The position numbers were made by a program, and so were the translations under genes. 64,000 nucleotides of DNA from Eledone cirrhosa (taxonomy: Eukaryota): contig OZ024741.1 of NCBI GenBank assembly GCA_964016885.1, forward strand, positions 20,522,001-20,586,000, in the 5' to 3' direction. Below, in pieces: positions 40,410 to 53,020 of this stretch. Within the stretch, counting starts at the first letter, position 1, and each line of letters opens with the position of its first letter. The notes under the pieces were generated by a model. It had not been told where the DNA came from and made no database searches. It worked only from the letters and a program-made list of their open reading frames with translations.

Positions 40410-42726
40410 CAGGGTGTCCTAAAAATGCATGCACACTGCAACAGCATTCTAATAAATATTACCTGTACAGGTAATCACGTATATATACATTTTTAGCAGC
40501 ATAGTATATAAATGTTATTGAGACACGAGTAACATAATAATGATGTCAACAGCAGAAATTAGAGATGAAATGTATGTTTATTTTTGTTGTAGCACAAATA
40601 ATGTGTTAACTTGTATGGTTGAAGTTACACATAAAATGAGGTTACAAAAGGGAATGTGCCATTGTGCCAGGGTGCCAGGCCCAAGGAAGGCCGGCAGGGC
40701 AAAGTGCAAAATCTCACCATCACATGTTGTACGTGTTGCTGGTTCAAAGTTCAGGGTGCGAGAGAGAGGTTCTTCAAATCTTCGCGGGGAATTTCTCCCT
40801 CAGGGCGCGTCGGGATACATCCTCTTCTACTGGCGTTGATTGGCTGAGCTGAGCCAAATCACGCACAGAGAATGTATGTGAGCCGGCGGAATGTAGGTCA
40901 CTACAATACTCCCCCTCTAGACGTAAGACAATACAGATTATTGAATCAGCAGGAAAAAATGCTGAAAAAGCACATCAGTGAAAAAATAATTGAGCAGAAG
41001 GATGCATGCAAGAAAAAAAATGAGGCGCTCAGGGCCGTGTTGAGCCGCTGTGTCAAATGACTAGCTGTTTTGTAATTTATACGTGACCACCAAAGGTCTA
41101 ACAGAAAACGGATAAAGTCTGACATGGGCGAAGTTGCTGTTCTTGCATTAAATGTTAATGGTAAGTGTTGTACCAGTAGCTGTGGATGAAGCTATTATGG
41201 TAGTTTACCAGTGCTGGCAAGAAGATGATGGGTAGGCGAGAAAATGTCGGCCTCCCAGATGTATTGCCGAAAGTGCTAGGGAGCCAGGAAAAAATGGCTG
41301 GTTGCTTTGAAAAGAAAAAAGCAAGTTGAATCTGTAGGTGGGTGGTAGTTGCAGTGTAAATTCCATAATTCCGGCGAATCCACAGAAGTGGTGGAAATGC
41401 TGACAAGTCCATTCTATTTGTTGTTTTCCCAGTTGGTCGGGTAAGGTAACAAGATGGAGGTTGTTATGGACGATGAGTGTGCAACGAGATGCGAAACTGT
41501 TTGAGTTCAGCTGCAATTAGCATTCTCATGTTGCGGTGCCTGTTTGAATCCAGGTGAATTAAGCTCTACGAGTCGCTAGCATGTGACGGCACCTCAACCA
41601 GGTGAAAAGGGATCTCGCAGAATATTACGTTTGAAGAACATATACTAAGAACAACAACAACATGTTGGTGGGTGACAAAGAAATGTGTACATATGCAGGC
41701 ATGTAATGCAGCAAAGAAAATGTGTGGGTGCAGTCATATATACAATGATAAAGAAAATGATGCAGTCATATATACAATGATAGAAAAAAATGAATTTCCA
41801 TATAATACAGTTTAAAAAAAATAAATGTCCAAAATTAATGCCTGAAAAAAATAGAAGGAAGAAAAAGAAAGAATTGTTTCTTTTCTTTGGGATTGCTCTT
41901 ACTAGGGAGCTAGTGGTGTTAAGTCACAATGAATCTTCTGTAGAATCGAAGTCGAGCGTTGAAGAGCCTAGAGTCACCAATATGTCAGTCACGTCTGACG
42001 CCATAGTGGTGAGAAGACTGATGTCTTAATTTCTCGAATCCCTGTGGTAACGAGACAGAAGGTATGGTGGTTGCATCGGTAAAGTTACAAGCTGCCACAT
42101 CGCCATTCCCTGGTGTTGGTTAGTAGTTAGCCATGTGTTGCTGCTGATGGCTGGTAGTAGAGAGAGAAGTACTTGGTGGTAGCCGTTTTGAAATTTCACC
42201 GTGGCGTAAATTTTTTTTTTTACATACACTGCCAATTTTAATTTTATTTCAAAAGGAATATTTTGTACTGAAAATATTCATCACGTCGGGGTCACCACTT
42301 TTAGCAGCATGGATTATAAATGTTATTGAGACACGAGTAACATAATAATGATGTCAACAGCAGAAATTAGAGATGAAATGTATGTTTATTTTTGTTGTAG
42401 CACAAATAATGTTTGTTAACTTGTATGGTTGAAGTTACACATAAAATGAGGTTACAAAAGGGAATGTGCCATTGTGCCAGGCCCAAGGAAGGCCGGCAGG
42501 GCAAAGTGCAAAATCTCACCGTCACATGTTGTATGTGTTGCTGGTTCGAAGTTCAGGGTGCGAGAGAGAGATTCTTCAAATCTTCGCGGGGAATTTCTCC
42601 CTCAGGGCGCGTAGGGATACATCCTCTTCTACTGGCGTTGATTGGCCAAGCTGAGCCAAATCACGCACAGAGAATGTATGTGAGCCGGCGGAATGTAGGT
42701 CACTACACATTTATGGGGACACCCTG
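40410..42726. mobile_element. ~100-bp Tc1/mariner-type MITE split by the LTR element
   Basis: CAGGGTGTCCTAAAAATG at left and CATTTATGGGGACACCCTG-TA at right; removing 40492-42711 rejoins a ~100-bp TIR element. Confidence 0.7.
40492..42707 (-). mobile_element. Complete non-autonomous LTR retrotransposon copy B (Gypsy-like; tRNA-Trp PBS)
   Basis: LTRs 42300-42707 and 40492-40905; PBS TGGTGACCCCGACGTGAT (42280-42297) complementary to the tRNA-Trp 3' end; PPT AGAGGGGGAG (40909-40918); TSD CATT; no gag/pol ORF in the 1.4-kb interior. Confidence 0.9.
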
Positions 42727-43765
42727 TATATGTGTATATATATTCATTCATTCATTCATTTCATTACGTCCGCTTTTCCCTGCTTGCAAGGGTGGGACGG
42801 GAACTGATTCTGGCTTGATTTCTACATCTGGATGCCCTTCCTAACACCAACCTCATTTACAGTGAGTGCTGGGTGCTCTTTTTTTTTTTTTTTTTTTTTC
42901 GTGGCGCTACACGTCCACTTTACAGTGGAATGATATGGACCCCAGTCCCGATTATCTCATTTCTACAGCTGAGTAAACTGGAGCAATGTGAAATAAAGTG
43001 TCTTGCTCAAGGAAACAACACATCACCCGGTCTGAGAATTGAACTCATAACCTTTCGATTGCAAGGCCAATGCTCTAACCACTAAGCCATGTGCCTCCAT
43101 ATAGATATATAGATATATATATAATTGTTTCTACTTTTGGCACAAAGCCAGCAATTATCCCAGTGTATTACTGGTACTTTATTTTATTGACTCCGTAAGG
43201 ATGAAAGGCAAAGTTAACCTCGGCGGGATTTGAACTCAGAGTGTAAAGGGACGTAACTCTATGCTAGAAAGCATGGTGTCTGACCCTCTACCGATACTGC
43301 CAATCCACTATATAATACTGAAACGAAGTCATCGAAAACGACCGATATACCTTCGATTTGTCAGCTATTTCTAGCAGGTTGAGTGACTGCGTAGAAGACC
43401 ACCCTTCATTCCTGTGTTGGCAGTGAGTCCATTTTAATATCTGATATAAAAACGTAATTCTGTTGTTTTCTCTAAACACAATCTGTCCGTTCCCCACTGG
43501 CAATCGTTCAGTATTTGATTTTGACTTGTGTGCAATATTACCAAATGGTTGCATTCTTTCCTCTACATAAACATACGTGTTGATAGGTACATACAAATCA
43601 TGTTATTTTGAAGAGAAGGTTATGTATGTGTAGGTGTGTATATCCTGCTAACCTTTCACTTCTAATTCCCAACCTCAACAAAAACGACTTCTTTTTGTTG
43701 GTTATCTGTTTAGACAATATTTTATCTTAACTTTATATATATATCACTTTAAAGATTGTGTGGTG

Positions 43766-43797
<32 letters not shown>

Positions 43798-43844
43798 ACA
43801 ATCTTTAAAGTGATATATATATACACAGTCAGTAGGTACCTCTT

Positions 43845-44197
43845 AACCAAATATACACCCCAACCCACTACCCTACTTCCTCCCACTCCCACCAACACCA
43901 CCCTTTCTCTGTAAAGTTATGTTGGTACCACAACATCCAGTCCAAACTAAAAGAGGTTGTGTAGGTGTCACGACAAACACACAGTCCACGCTGTAATGTG
44001 GCCGTGTAGGTAACACAAAAAAAAGTTCCCAGTCCACACTGTAAACGTGGTTGGTGTTAGGAAGGGCATCCAGCCATAGAAAACCTACCAGAAACGAGCA
44101 AGACCCGGTCACCCGACCAATCTTGCCTCAAGTGGGACAATTCCCGTCTAACCCATGCTAGCGTGGAAGATAGACGTTAAACGATGATGATGATGAT
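43845..44197 (+). mobile_element. Non-autonomous retroposon with RTE-type 3' end and (GAT)n tail
   Basis: GAAGGGCATCCAGCCATAGAAAACC...ACCCATGCTAGC..GGACGTTAAACGATGATG-like end; inverted copy 55143-55515; related pieces near 42760, 47680-47880, 51900. Confidence 0.7.
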
Positions 44198-44399
44198 ACA
44201 TATATCAGCGGCAGTGGAAGCATTTTTGAATGGGGAGAGGTTGCAACTTTGGTCAATTTAGTTGTAATGATTAGTTTAGCTCTTTGCTCACTAAAATGGT
44301 CATAAAATGCAGTTTGAGTCCAAGAAGGACATATTACATTTATAGCTTTCTATAATTATAAAGTGATTATAGCAAAATGACCTTTGAAATCTGTCTGAA

Positions 44400-44510
44400 T
44401 ACACATACTAACAATTGGCAATACACCTACTAGCAATTGGTAATACACCTACTAGCAATTGGCAATACACATACTAGCAATTGGCAATACACATTCTAGC
44501 AATTGGCAAT
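44400..44510. repeat. 22-bp minisatellite (ACTAGCAATTGGCAATACACMT), about 5 units
   Basis: Direct inspection. Confidence 0.9.
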
Positions 44511-45150
44511 TAGTGATATGTGAAGAAAAGGTTTTGACATGACAAAAAAATTTACTATGAAGGTTAACATAATATATTGTTTCTACTTTTGGCACAAGGC
44601 CAGCAAATACCCAGTGCATTACTGGTACTTTATTTTATCGACCCCGTAAGGATGAAAGGCAAAGTTAACCTCAACAGGATTTGAACTCAGACCATAAAGG
44701 GATGTAACTATGCTGGAAAGCATGGCGTCCGACCCTCTACCGATACTGCCAAACTTATTATCAAATATTAACCAAGATTAATATGTGATAAACGTAACAT
44801 GTACCTAAATTGTAGTGCATATACAAACAGATATGTGTTTTAGTAGTTTGTGGAGAAAAATGTAATTATTGGGGTAACCATGCCACCACTGCCCCTGTAT
44901 GTATGTGTGTGTATATATATCTTACCCTCCTTATGTATATTTCCTGTCATTTTTCCAGTCCCACTTCCAATTTTTAACAGATTTTAAATCTAATTTCATA
45001 TCTTTTATCCATAACATCTCTGTCTGACAACCAATCCAGTCGTATATATTATTATTGTCTGGGATCCAGAAACCTTTGGTAATGGAGTAGTTATATTTCG
45101 TGTTCACTTTCTAACTAAAGGTGATTTACGGTGGATTTGTGATGTGTTGT

Positions 45151-45362
45151 CCTTTGGCATTTAAACCGGCTGTATCCGGCCAAAATTCTCTCACCTCTTT
45201 CTGTTCAAACTGGCTGTAACCAGCCGCTCATACTGATGTTAAGATATTGTTCGCAAAATAAATAATATCAAAATCTCATAGGTTTGATATTATGTGAGGT
45301 AAAACTTTTACCATGAAAATATAATAGAATATATAGGAGTAATGTAAATGTTAAAGGGTTAA
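45151..45362 (+). mobile_element. TTAA-ended (piggyBac-like) MITE copy 1, containing a diverged satellite monomer
   Basis: CCTTTGGCATTT...AAATGTTAAAGGG-TTAA; homologous in inverted orientation to 45711-45927. Confidence 0.7.
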
Positions 45363-45710
45363 TGGTGATAAGGAGGATGTTAGAGTGGTGGCACCAATTT
45401 TGCAGACATTAAAGTCTGGGAAATTATATTGTTTATACAGATAGTAAGGTTATTGGATTGAATCCTGCTTATTTTGGTTTATAATTTGAGAACTTGTTGG
45501 CAGTTTCATGTCTACAATAGATTGTTTGTTCAATCTTGTTATTATTGTTTCTTAGTATATTGCAAGATATGGAGTAATTTCATAATCTGCATTGGGGCAA
45601 CCCTAAATTTAATATTAGCACAGATTAAAGTTTAAGCAAAGAATTTCTGCTTTCACCTTCTACGGGATCTTCTGAAACTTCTGTATAGGGTAAAAGCAGA
45701 AATTCTTTAT

Positions 45711-45927
45711 TTAACCGTTTATCATTTACATTACTCTATATATACTGTTGTATTTTCACAGTAAAGGCCTTACCTCACATAATTATCACACATAATATCG
45801 AATCTATGAGATTTTTATATTATTTATTTTGAGAACAATACCAACACCAGTATGAGTGGCCGGTTTGAACAGAAAGATGTGAGAGAATTCTGGCCAGATA
45901 CGGCCGGTTTAAATACTAAAGGGGTAA
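45711..45927 (-). mobile_element. TTAA-ended (piggyBac-like) MITE copy 2, containing one 60-bp satellite monomer
   Basis: TTAA-CCGTTTATCATTTA...TAAATACTAAAGGG; 45723-45782 matches the common satellite monomer at 58/60. Confidence 0.75.
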
Positions 45928-46004
45928 ACTTTAATCTGTATTAATATTATATATTTGCTCTATGGGTTTATAAATATATATATATATATATATTATATAT
46001 ATTT

Positions 46005-46561
46005 CCGAGGCCATAGTATCTAGAATAAGGACGGGTTGGAAGAAGTTTAGGGAGCTGCTGACGAAGAAGGGTTTCTCCCTGCGTACGAAAGGCCGGTTAT
46101 ATGATGCTTGTGTGAGGAGCGCGATGTTGCATGGTAGTGAAACTTGGGCAGCAACTGCAGAGGATATGCGACGACTGGAGAGGAATGAGGCAAGCATGCT
46201 CCGTTGGATGTGCAGTGTCAATGTGCGTGAACGACCCAGCTTGAATGTGTTGAGAGAGAAACTGTGTCTGAGAGGGATAGAATGTAGTGTACGGGAGAGG
46301 AGACTGAGGTGGTATGGACATGTGATGTGCTTGGAGGATGACCGATGGGTGAAGAAGTGCCAGGAAATGCCAGTTGAAGGAAGACGTGGTAGAGGTAGAC
46401 CACGAAAAACATGGGCGGAGGTGGTGAGAACAGACCTCAGATCGCTGAAGCTCACGGTGGAGATGACGAAGGATCGTGACAAGTGGGGAGATGCTGTGCT
46501 GAATAAGAGCCGTCCCATCCTTGCAAGCAGGGAAGAGCGGACGTAAAATGATGATGATGAT
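46005..46561 (+). mobile_element. RTE-type LINE 3' fragment with (GAT)n tail, in (TA)n
   Basis: RSAMLHGSETW...MLRWMC...RRLRWYGHV...GRRGRGRPRKTW; further decayed pieces at ~47020-47540, 48775-48925, 49860-50200. Confidence 0.88.
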
Positions 46562-46581
46562 ATATATATATATATATATAT

Positions 46582-47000
46582 AAAAGGCAAACAGAAATAA
46601 CAACACAATCGGTACAGCATATGGAAGGAATATATTAGTTTAACGCTTGAAATAGCAGGAAGAGGGTCTTAACGTTTCGGACGCTAGTCCTTCATCAAAG
46701 AATGAGAAATTAGAAAGATGGAAGGGTCGGGCGGGTTGGAATTGGAAAAAATGTTTTTAGAGAAAAATAACAGGTCCATTTATGTTGCCATCCATCTCTT
46801 GGAAAACTGTTGACACTGGCGTTTTGTGTATGATATATTTTAGGGAGCCAGGTTGCATCTAAGTACCCTTCTGTTGATAATTAGCCATTCGGAAATCGGA
46901 GATTTGCTGTCTATTTAAACCGTATAGAGATTTTGTTGACAAGATCTAGCTGGAATTCCTCTGTTGCTATTTATCTCTGCTGTTAACAAAAGGATACTTT
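46582..47000 (-). mobile_element. Probable Penelope-like 3' end with minimal hammerhead-like motif (46667-46701)
   Basis: Minus strand TCT-TTGATGA-A-GGAC(tagc)GTCC-GAAACGTTA-AGA; an upstream ..YGLN.. remnant resembles a GIY-YIG C-terminus; ends in (TA)n. Confidence 0.5.
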
Positions 47001-48351
47001 CTCCAAATGAAGGACAAATTTTTATCAAGTGTGGTGTGCTATTGCATGCTTGTACATATATTTAAAGCAATGTTGCATGGTAGCAAAACATTGGCAGAGG
47101 ACATACTGGGTATAAGAGAAATAAGATGTAGTGTGCCAGAGAGAAGACTGAGCTGGTATGGACTTGTAATGCATATGGAGGATGACAGCTGAGTAAAGAA
47201 ATGTAAAGTGATCCAAGTAGGATCCCTGAGAAGAGTAAGACATTGGGTGAAGGGGCGATGGCTGATCGAAAGAAGTCAAACCTTATGAAAGGGATGGCGA
47301 AGGACTGCAACAAATGATGAGATGCTGTATAGGAGAAGAAGACCCATACAGCCCATGCAAGCATAGAAAGATAGACATATGGTGGTGGTGGCGATGGTGA
47401 GTTAGAGAACTGACTAGAAAGGATATTGTAGTTTGTAATTGATGGGATGAAGTGATAAAAGCTGACCTCGCACAATTGCACCTCTCAAAGGAGATGACAC
47501 AGGACCGGTATCTCTGGCGTTATGCAGTAATACAGAAAACCCACCTTCCCATGAGGAACAGGCTGAAGAGTACATATAGTATTCACCTCCACCCCCATCC
47601 CATACACCTCCCATGGGCACAGGCTGAAGCATACATCTGGTATGCACCACCTTCACCTTCATCCCCTTTACACACACCCCAGCCCACACTGTAAAGTAGT
47701 CATGATGGCGACACAACAAAAAACGCCCAGTACACACTGTAAATGGCATCCAGTCATAGAAATCAAGCCCAAATCGGTTCTGTATGAGCAAGATACTGTC
47801 ATCCGACCTCAACTTGCTTAACATAGGACAACCTGTCTAACCTATGCTAGTGTGGAAAATGGACATTAAATGGTGATGATGGTTAGAAAACTATAAACGA
47901 CAGTAACCTAGTCTGACTTAGGAGAGCTGCTATTCCATGAGGAAGACCTGGTCTGTAATTAATTTGTACATTATTTTGATGTGATTGTGTGACATGTTGA
48001 AAGAATTCAGTAATCGGAAGAAGTGTGTAATTAATGTTCTAGCAGTGTAGGAACAATGTGTCCAGAAATACTGTCAAACTTTGTAATTAGCTAATGTTGG
48101 CCTCAATAAGAAACTACAATTACATTATTGAAGTCACTTTAACCCCAAATAATTGTTTCTACTTTTGGCACAAGGTCAGCAATTACCCCAGTGTATTACT
48201 GGTACTTTATTTTATTGACCCCGTAAGGATGAAAAGCAAAGTTAACCTCGAGGGCCGTAACTCTTTGCTGCAAAGCATGGCATCAGACCCTCTACCGATA
48301 TTGCCAATCCAACGCCCTCAAACACAACAAAAGATGTTAACTCTACTCTAA

Positions 48352-48926
48352 GAGGGTTGGCTGAAGACTTCATAGATTGACCAAGATACTCATGGAATAA
48401 CCAAATGAGGTTTATTTTTCGACATAGTCCCTGGAAAGTTATTAATAAGAAGAGTTAGAATTAATGCATGCAACATTTCACAGCTCTAGCATCACACCAC
48501 CATAGTTAGCTTATGAACCTTTCAGCCCAACTTTCTGTATACTTCTATATATACACACGAGAGTCAGCTGAAAAATCCATAGGCTGGCCCAGATACTCAT
48601 GGCATGACCAAATGAGGTTTATTTTTTAACATAGTCTTTAGAAAGAAACAATGCAGTTATTAATAAGAAAAGATGTAATTAATGCATGCAAGATTTCACA
48701 GCTCTGGCATCACTCCTTCATAGTCAGCCTATGAACATTTCAGTCACCTTGTGTATACTTTTGTATATATATATATCATCATCATTATCATTGTTTTTAT
48801 GTCCGTTTTCCATGCTTGCATGAGTTGGACAGGTCCTTCTCAGCACAGCATCTCTCCACTTGTAGCATTCCTTCATCTCCTCTGCCAGTCTTAGCAATTT
48901 GAGGTCTGTTCTCACAACCTCTGCCC

Positions 48927-48957
<31 letters not shown>

Positions 48958-49130
48958 TACACAAAGGTTGGCTGAAAAATCCATAGCCCGACCAAATGCG
49001 GTTATTTTTCAATATAGTCCCTGGAAAGAACAATGCAGTTATTGAGAAGAGTTGAAATGCATGCAAAATTTCACAGCTCTAGCATCACTCCTTCATAGTC
49101 AGCCTATGAACTTTTCAGCCAAACCTTGTA
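48352..49130. mobile_element. Three clustered copies of a ~180-bp mariner-type MITE
   Basis: Units ~48352-48540, 48558-48755, 48960-49130 with TIR-like ends GGTTGGCTGAAAA..CATAG / CTATGAAC.TTTCAGCC and shared interior. Confidence 0.7.
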
Positions 49131-50599
49131 GTTCTACTGCAGACAGTGCAGTGGAATTTTTGACACCAAAAAATCCCCGGACGCCATGCTTTGCAGCAAA
49201 GAGTTACGGCCCTTTAGGGTCTGAGTTCTAATCCCGCCGAGGTTAACTTTACCTTTCATCCTTATGGGGTCGATAAAATAAAGTACCAGTAATACACTGG
49301 GGTAATTGCTGGCCTTGTACCAAAAGTAGAAACAATTATTTGAATGGCTAAGGGCATTGGATTGGAAGAGCGTCGGACAACATATTTCATAGCATAGTGT
49401 TACATTCTGATTTCAAATCTGACCAAGGTTAGCTTTGTCTTTCATCCTCTGTAGAGTCAATAAAATAAAGTACCAGTAATGCACTGGGGTCAATTTAATC
49501 AACTTGCCTCTCCCCTAAAATTGTTGGCCTTGTGCCTAAATCAGAAACCATTAATTGCATGTCTAAAATGGCTCTTCCGTGATATAATTGTTTTAGTTTC
49601 AACCCAGATTGATCAATTGCCAGACAAGAACAACAATTAAAATACTAACGAAGATCTCTAAATTGTCATATGTAATTGTTTCTTTTATAACAATATACAA
49701 TATTTTGTCATTGTCTTAAGTCTATAAATTTTTTGGCTAATTACCAATAAAATAAATCTTAATTACCGTCTTGTTGCAGATCACACATGCATCGGCTTAG
49801 CCACTTCCTATAGAAGTTGGGTCTCATTGGAGGTTTCTTGGGTATCATATTGTCCTATCATCATCATCGTCATCATCATCATCATCCTTTGATGCCCTCT
49901 TTTTCCATGCTTGCATGGGTTGGACGGGTCTATTCCAGCACAGCTTCCCTCCACTTGTTGTGGTCCTTCTTCATGTCCCCTATCAGGTTCAATCAGCATT
50001 TTAAGATCTGATTTTACCAGTTCTGCCCACGTTCCTTAGTCTTCTTCTACTGAAGCTTCCTTCCACTTGGAACTCTTGGCACTTCTTCACCCAACAATCA
50101 TAATCCATACCTATCACATGTCGATATCAGTGCAGTCTTCTCTCTTGCACATTGCATTTAATTCCTCTTCTACCTAGTTTCTCTCTCAGCCCATCCTTGG
50201 TTTGCTGTTCATGTATATTAACATTAACTCCAGCCTCTATATATCCTCTGCATTGTTTTACTTCCATGCCACTTTACAGGCATCATACAGTCATACTTTC
50301 AGAGCAACCTCCTCCACTGCTAATTCAATCACATAGGTAATAGAAGCTATCAACGACTTTTATGGAGCTTTCCTTGGATCGGAGAAAGGGACTCTGAACT
50401 ACTCCTGTACATCTGCTATATTCAAAGTCTCCCTTTTCTGTTAGTGTGCCGACAATCTCACTACATCTTATGTACCCATATTTTGCATTGTGTAGAGTTC
50501 TCACTCACTCCTTTTCTACCTACAGGGATGTTAGGTTCTTTGGGGACATTTACATAAGTCATGAAAGAAGAGCTTTATTTGAGAAAAAGTTTGCATGAA

Positions 50600-51430
50600 T
50601 AATTTTGAGACTCTTTTTGATAAATCTACTCAATGAAGCCATATGTTTCAGGTGGTGTGATCATAGAGATTATAACTCATCTATTCTTGGGTCAACTTGG
50701 CCTTATAAGATGCCACAGAGTCTTGTTGGTAGGTGTACGGTCTTCCTTTGCTCATGCTGTCTATCCAAGGCCTCACAAATCTCAACACCTCATTATATAG
50801 TCAGCAACATTGACCTTTTAGGAAGGAAGTGTGGAAGCATGACATCTCCTTCATTGCTCACGACTCCCAGAGATATCACAGTTGCCAGAAACATTGTGTA
50901 CATGACCGTCGGAACATCTTTAGGGGTCTCTGTGTAACTATCTATCATTTCTTTGGTTGACCTTTTGGTCCGATCAAAGTTTTTCTCTTCAGAGGAAACT
51001 CAAAGCATTCCAGGTTCTTAACGTTTTAACTTGCTCGACAAGCGCTTTGCAGAATGAATTGGCCTCTACGCATCACATATGACTTGTATCAAAGGTCCTC
51101 ATGCACAGTTCTTCCAATAGTGTTCTTTGAAACCTTGAGCTCCTTAGGTATGACGCTTATTGACTTTCTGGAGTTCTTATCAATAATTTTCTGCAAATTT
51201 TCGTACAAATTTGGGTGTTCTGATGTTATTAGGACCCATAACAGGTGTTTTTCATTTGGCTCTTGCTGTAGAATCTTTGTCAGCAGCTCCCAGCTTTGAA
51301 CTTTGACAACAAACAACTGTGCAACTTTCAGGAAGCAAGCAATCTCTAAATCACTATGCCCTTCCTTCAAGCCAACAACTACGGCTTGCCATTTCATTTG
51401 CCGAGTTAGCTTGCTGTTTGCCCTCATTTA
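50600..51430 (-). pseudogene. Decayed Tc1/mariner (DD37D/maT-like) transposase
   Basis: HSDLEIACFLKV (HTH), VSKNTIGRTVHEDL, DQKVNQRNDR, VPTVM...VISLGVVSNEGDVMLPHF; many stops and frameshifts. Confidence 0.75.
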
Positions 51431-52640
51431 TCTGAAAAGAAATGATTAGAACAAGTTAGAAAATAGAGCTATTGAAAGACGTGTCTTTAAAGAACTGAGC
51501 AAACTCTGTATTGAGTATAGTTACTCTCCGGATGGGACCTAAGTCCTGTCTTCTTTCTTACTTACGATGTTGGTCTTTGATACAGTTACTCCTTTTCATT
51601 CTAAATTGTGTTTACAGATTTCTAATTGTTGTGTTTTTATGCAAGTTTCATTTCTCCTGAGTTTTTATTTCAACATATTTTATAACAAAAGGCTTACTGT
51701 AATGATTGATCCTGTTGCCTTCATTATCATCATTAAGAGGGTCGGACGCCATGCTTTCCAGCATAGTTACGTCCCTTTACGATCTGAGTTCAAATCCCGC
51801 CGAGGTTGACTTTTCCTTTCATCCTTACGGGGTCGATAAAATAAAGTACCAGTAATGCACTGGGTAATTGCTGGCTTTGTGCCAAAAGTAGAAACAATTA
51901 TCATCATTAATCATCCATTTTCCATGCTTACATTGGTTAGACAGGTTGTCCTGTTATAAGACAAGTCGGGTCCAGACTTCCTCATACAGATCTGTATTAT
52001 TTTGGATTGGTTTCTACAGCTGGATGCCCCACCTAACACCAACCAAACACTGCTTTGTTTGTTCCTGAATAGATGAGATAAAGAATTAGATTTTATTGGA
52101 TAAATGCCATAAACTTCTATAATGTAACGGATAAGATTGCATGTTAAAGGAATCCCATTTGTGCTATTAAACCTTTATTTTGTGTCTTTGGATTCATGTC
52201 TGGAATAATCCCTAAAGTTTCATGGTTCACCCTTTCAATACCAACCCATCTAAAATTTTCTCTGTTGCTAGGGAACAAAACCACCCATCTTAAACGTCCA
52301 TCAAACATAATTTTATATAAGAACCTTTTGTTATGTTAGAAATAACAGCCAATGTTATTTGAAATAATTTTAGTAAATTCCTCCAAATTCTTCTGTAATT
52401 CAAATAGTGTGTTTTATTTGCAACATGGTACCCCCCCCCCCCCTCACTAGTTCCTCAACATTTCCCCCTTCTACAGATCTCTACCGTATTATAACACATG
52501 TAGATTCTGGAACTTTTACAGTTTGTGTGAGGGAGAAATGGTGAAATATGATTTTAATGTTACATATAATTAATGAAGCTGGCTTAAAAACCATTGATTG
52601 CATAAATATAAAATAGAAAGTTACAAACAAAATTAATGTC

Positions 52641-53020
52641 TTGGATGATACAGGCTTCTCCTCCCAGTTCGAGTCGACGGGGCTGGACCGAGGGGCCGGC
52701 AAAAGGCCAGACGGCATGACCATCTTCCCGTTCCACAGTTGTAAACCCCTCATCTGGGATGCCACATGCAACAACACTTTCTCCAGTGACAACTGGTTCA
52801 GTCTGTGACTAATTCAGGCCGAGGAGAGTAAACTCTCCAAATATCGGTCCCTCTACGATAGGTTTGCAGTCGAGCCCATAGCAGTCCTACTCACCACCAT
52901 CGGTTCAGAGTTGGCTATCCGCAGGTGTGATTCTCATGAGCTGGAATGGCTCTTCCAATGCATCTCCCTTACCATCATCCGAGGATACGCCTTCTCTATT
53001 CTGTCTGCTGGGACTGCGGG
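52641..53020 (+). mobile_element. CRE-clade LINE restriction-like endonuclease remnant
   Basis: GLDRGAGKRPDGMTIFPF..KPLIWDATC...AEESKLSKY...EPIAV...WLFQCISLTIIRGYAFSIL; one stop and apparent internal deletions. Not shown by the ORF track. Confidence 0.8.

Noticed and set aside
49770-49845. TTGCAG acceptor as candidate RPIA exon 2
   Set aside because: Phase 0 reading stops after 6 codons and no GxGSGST motif is present.
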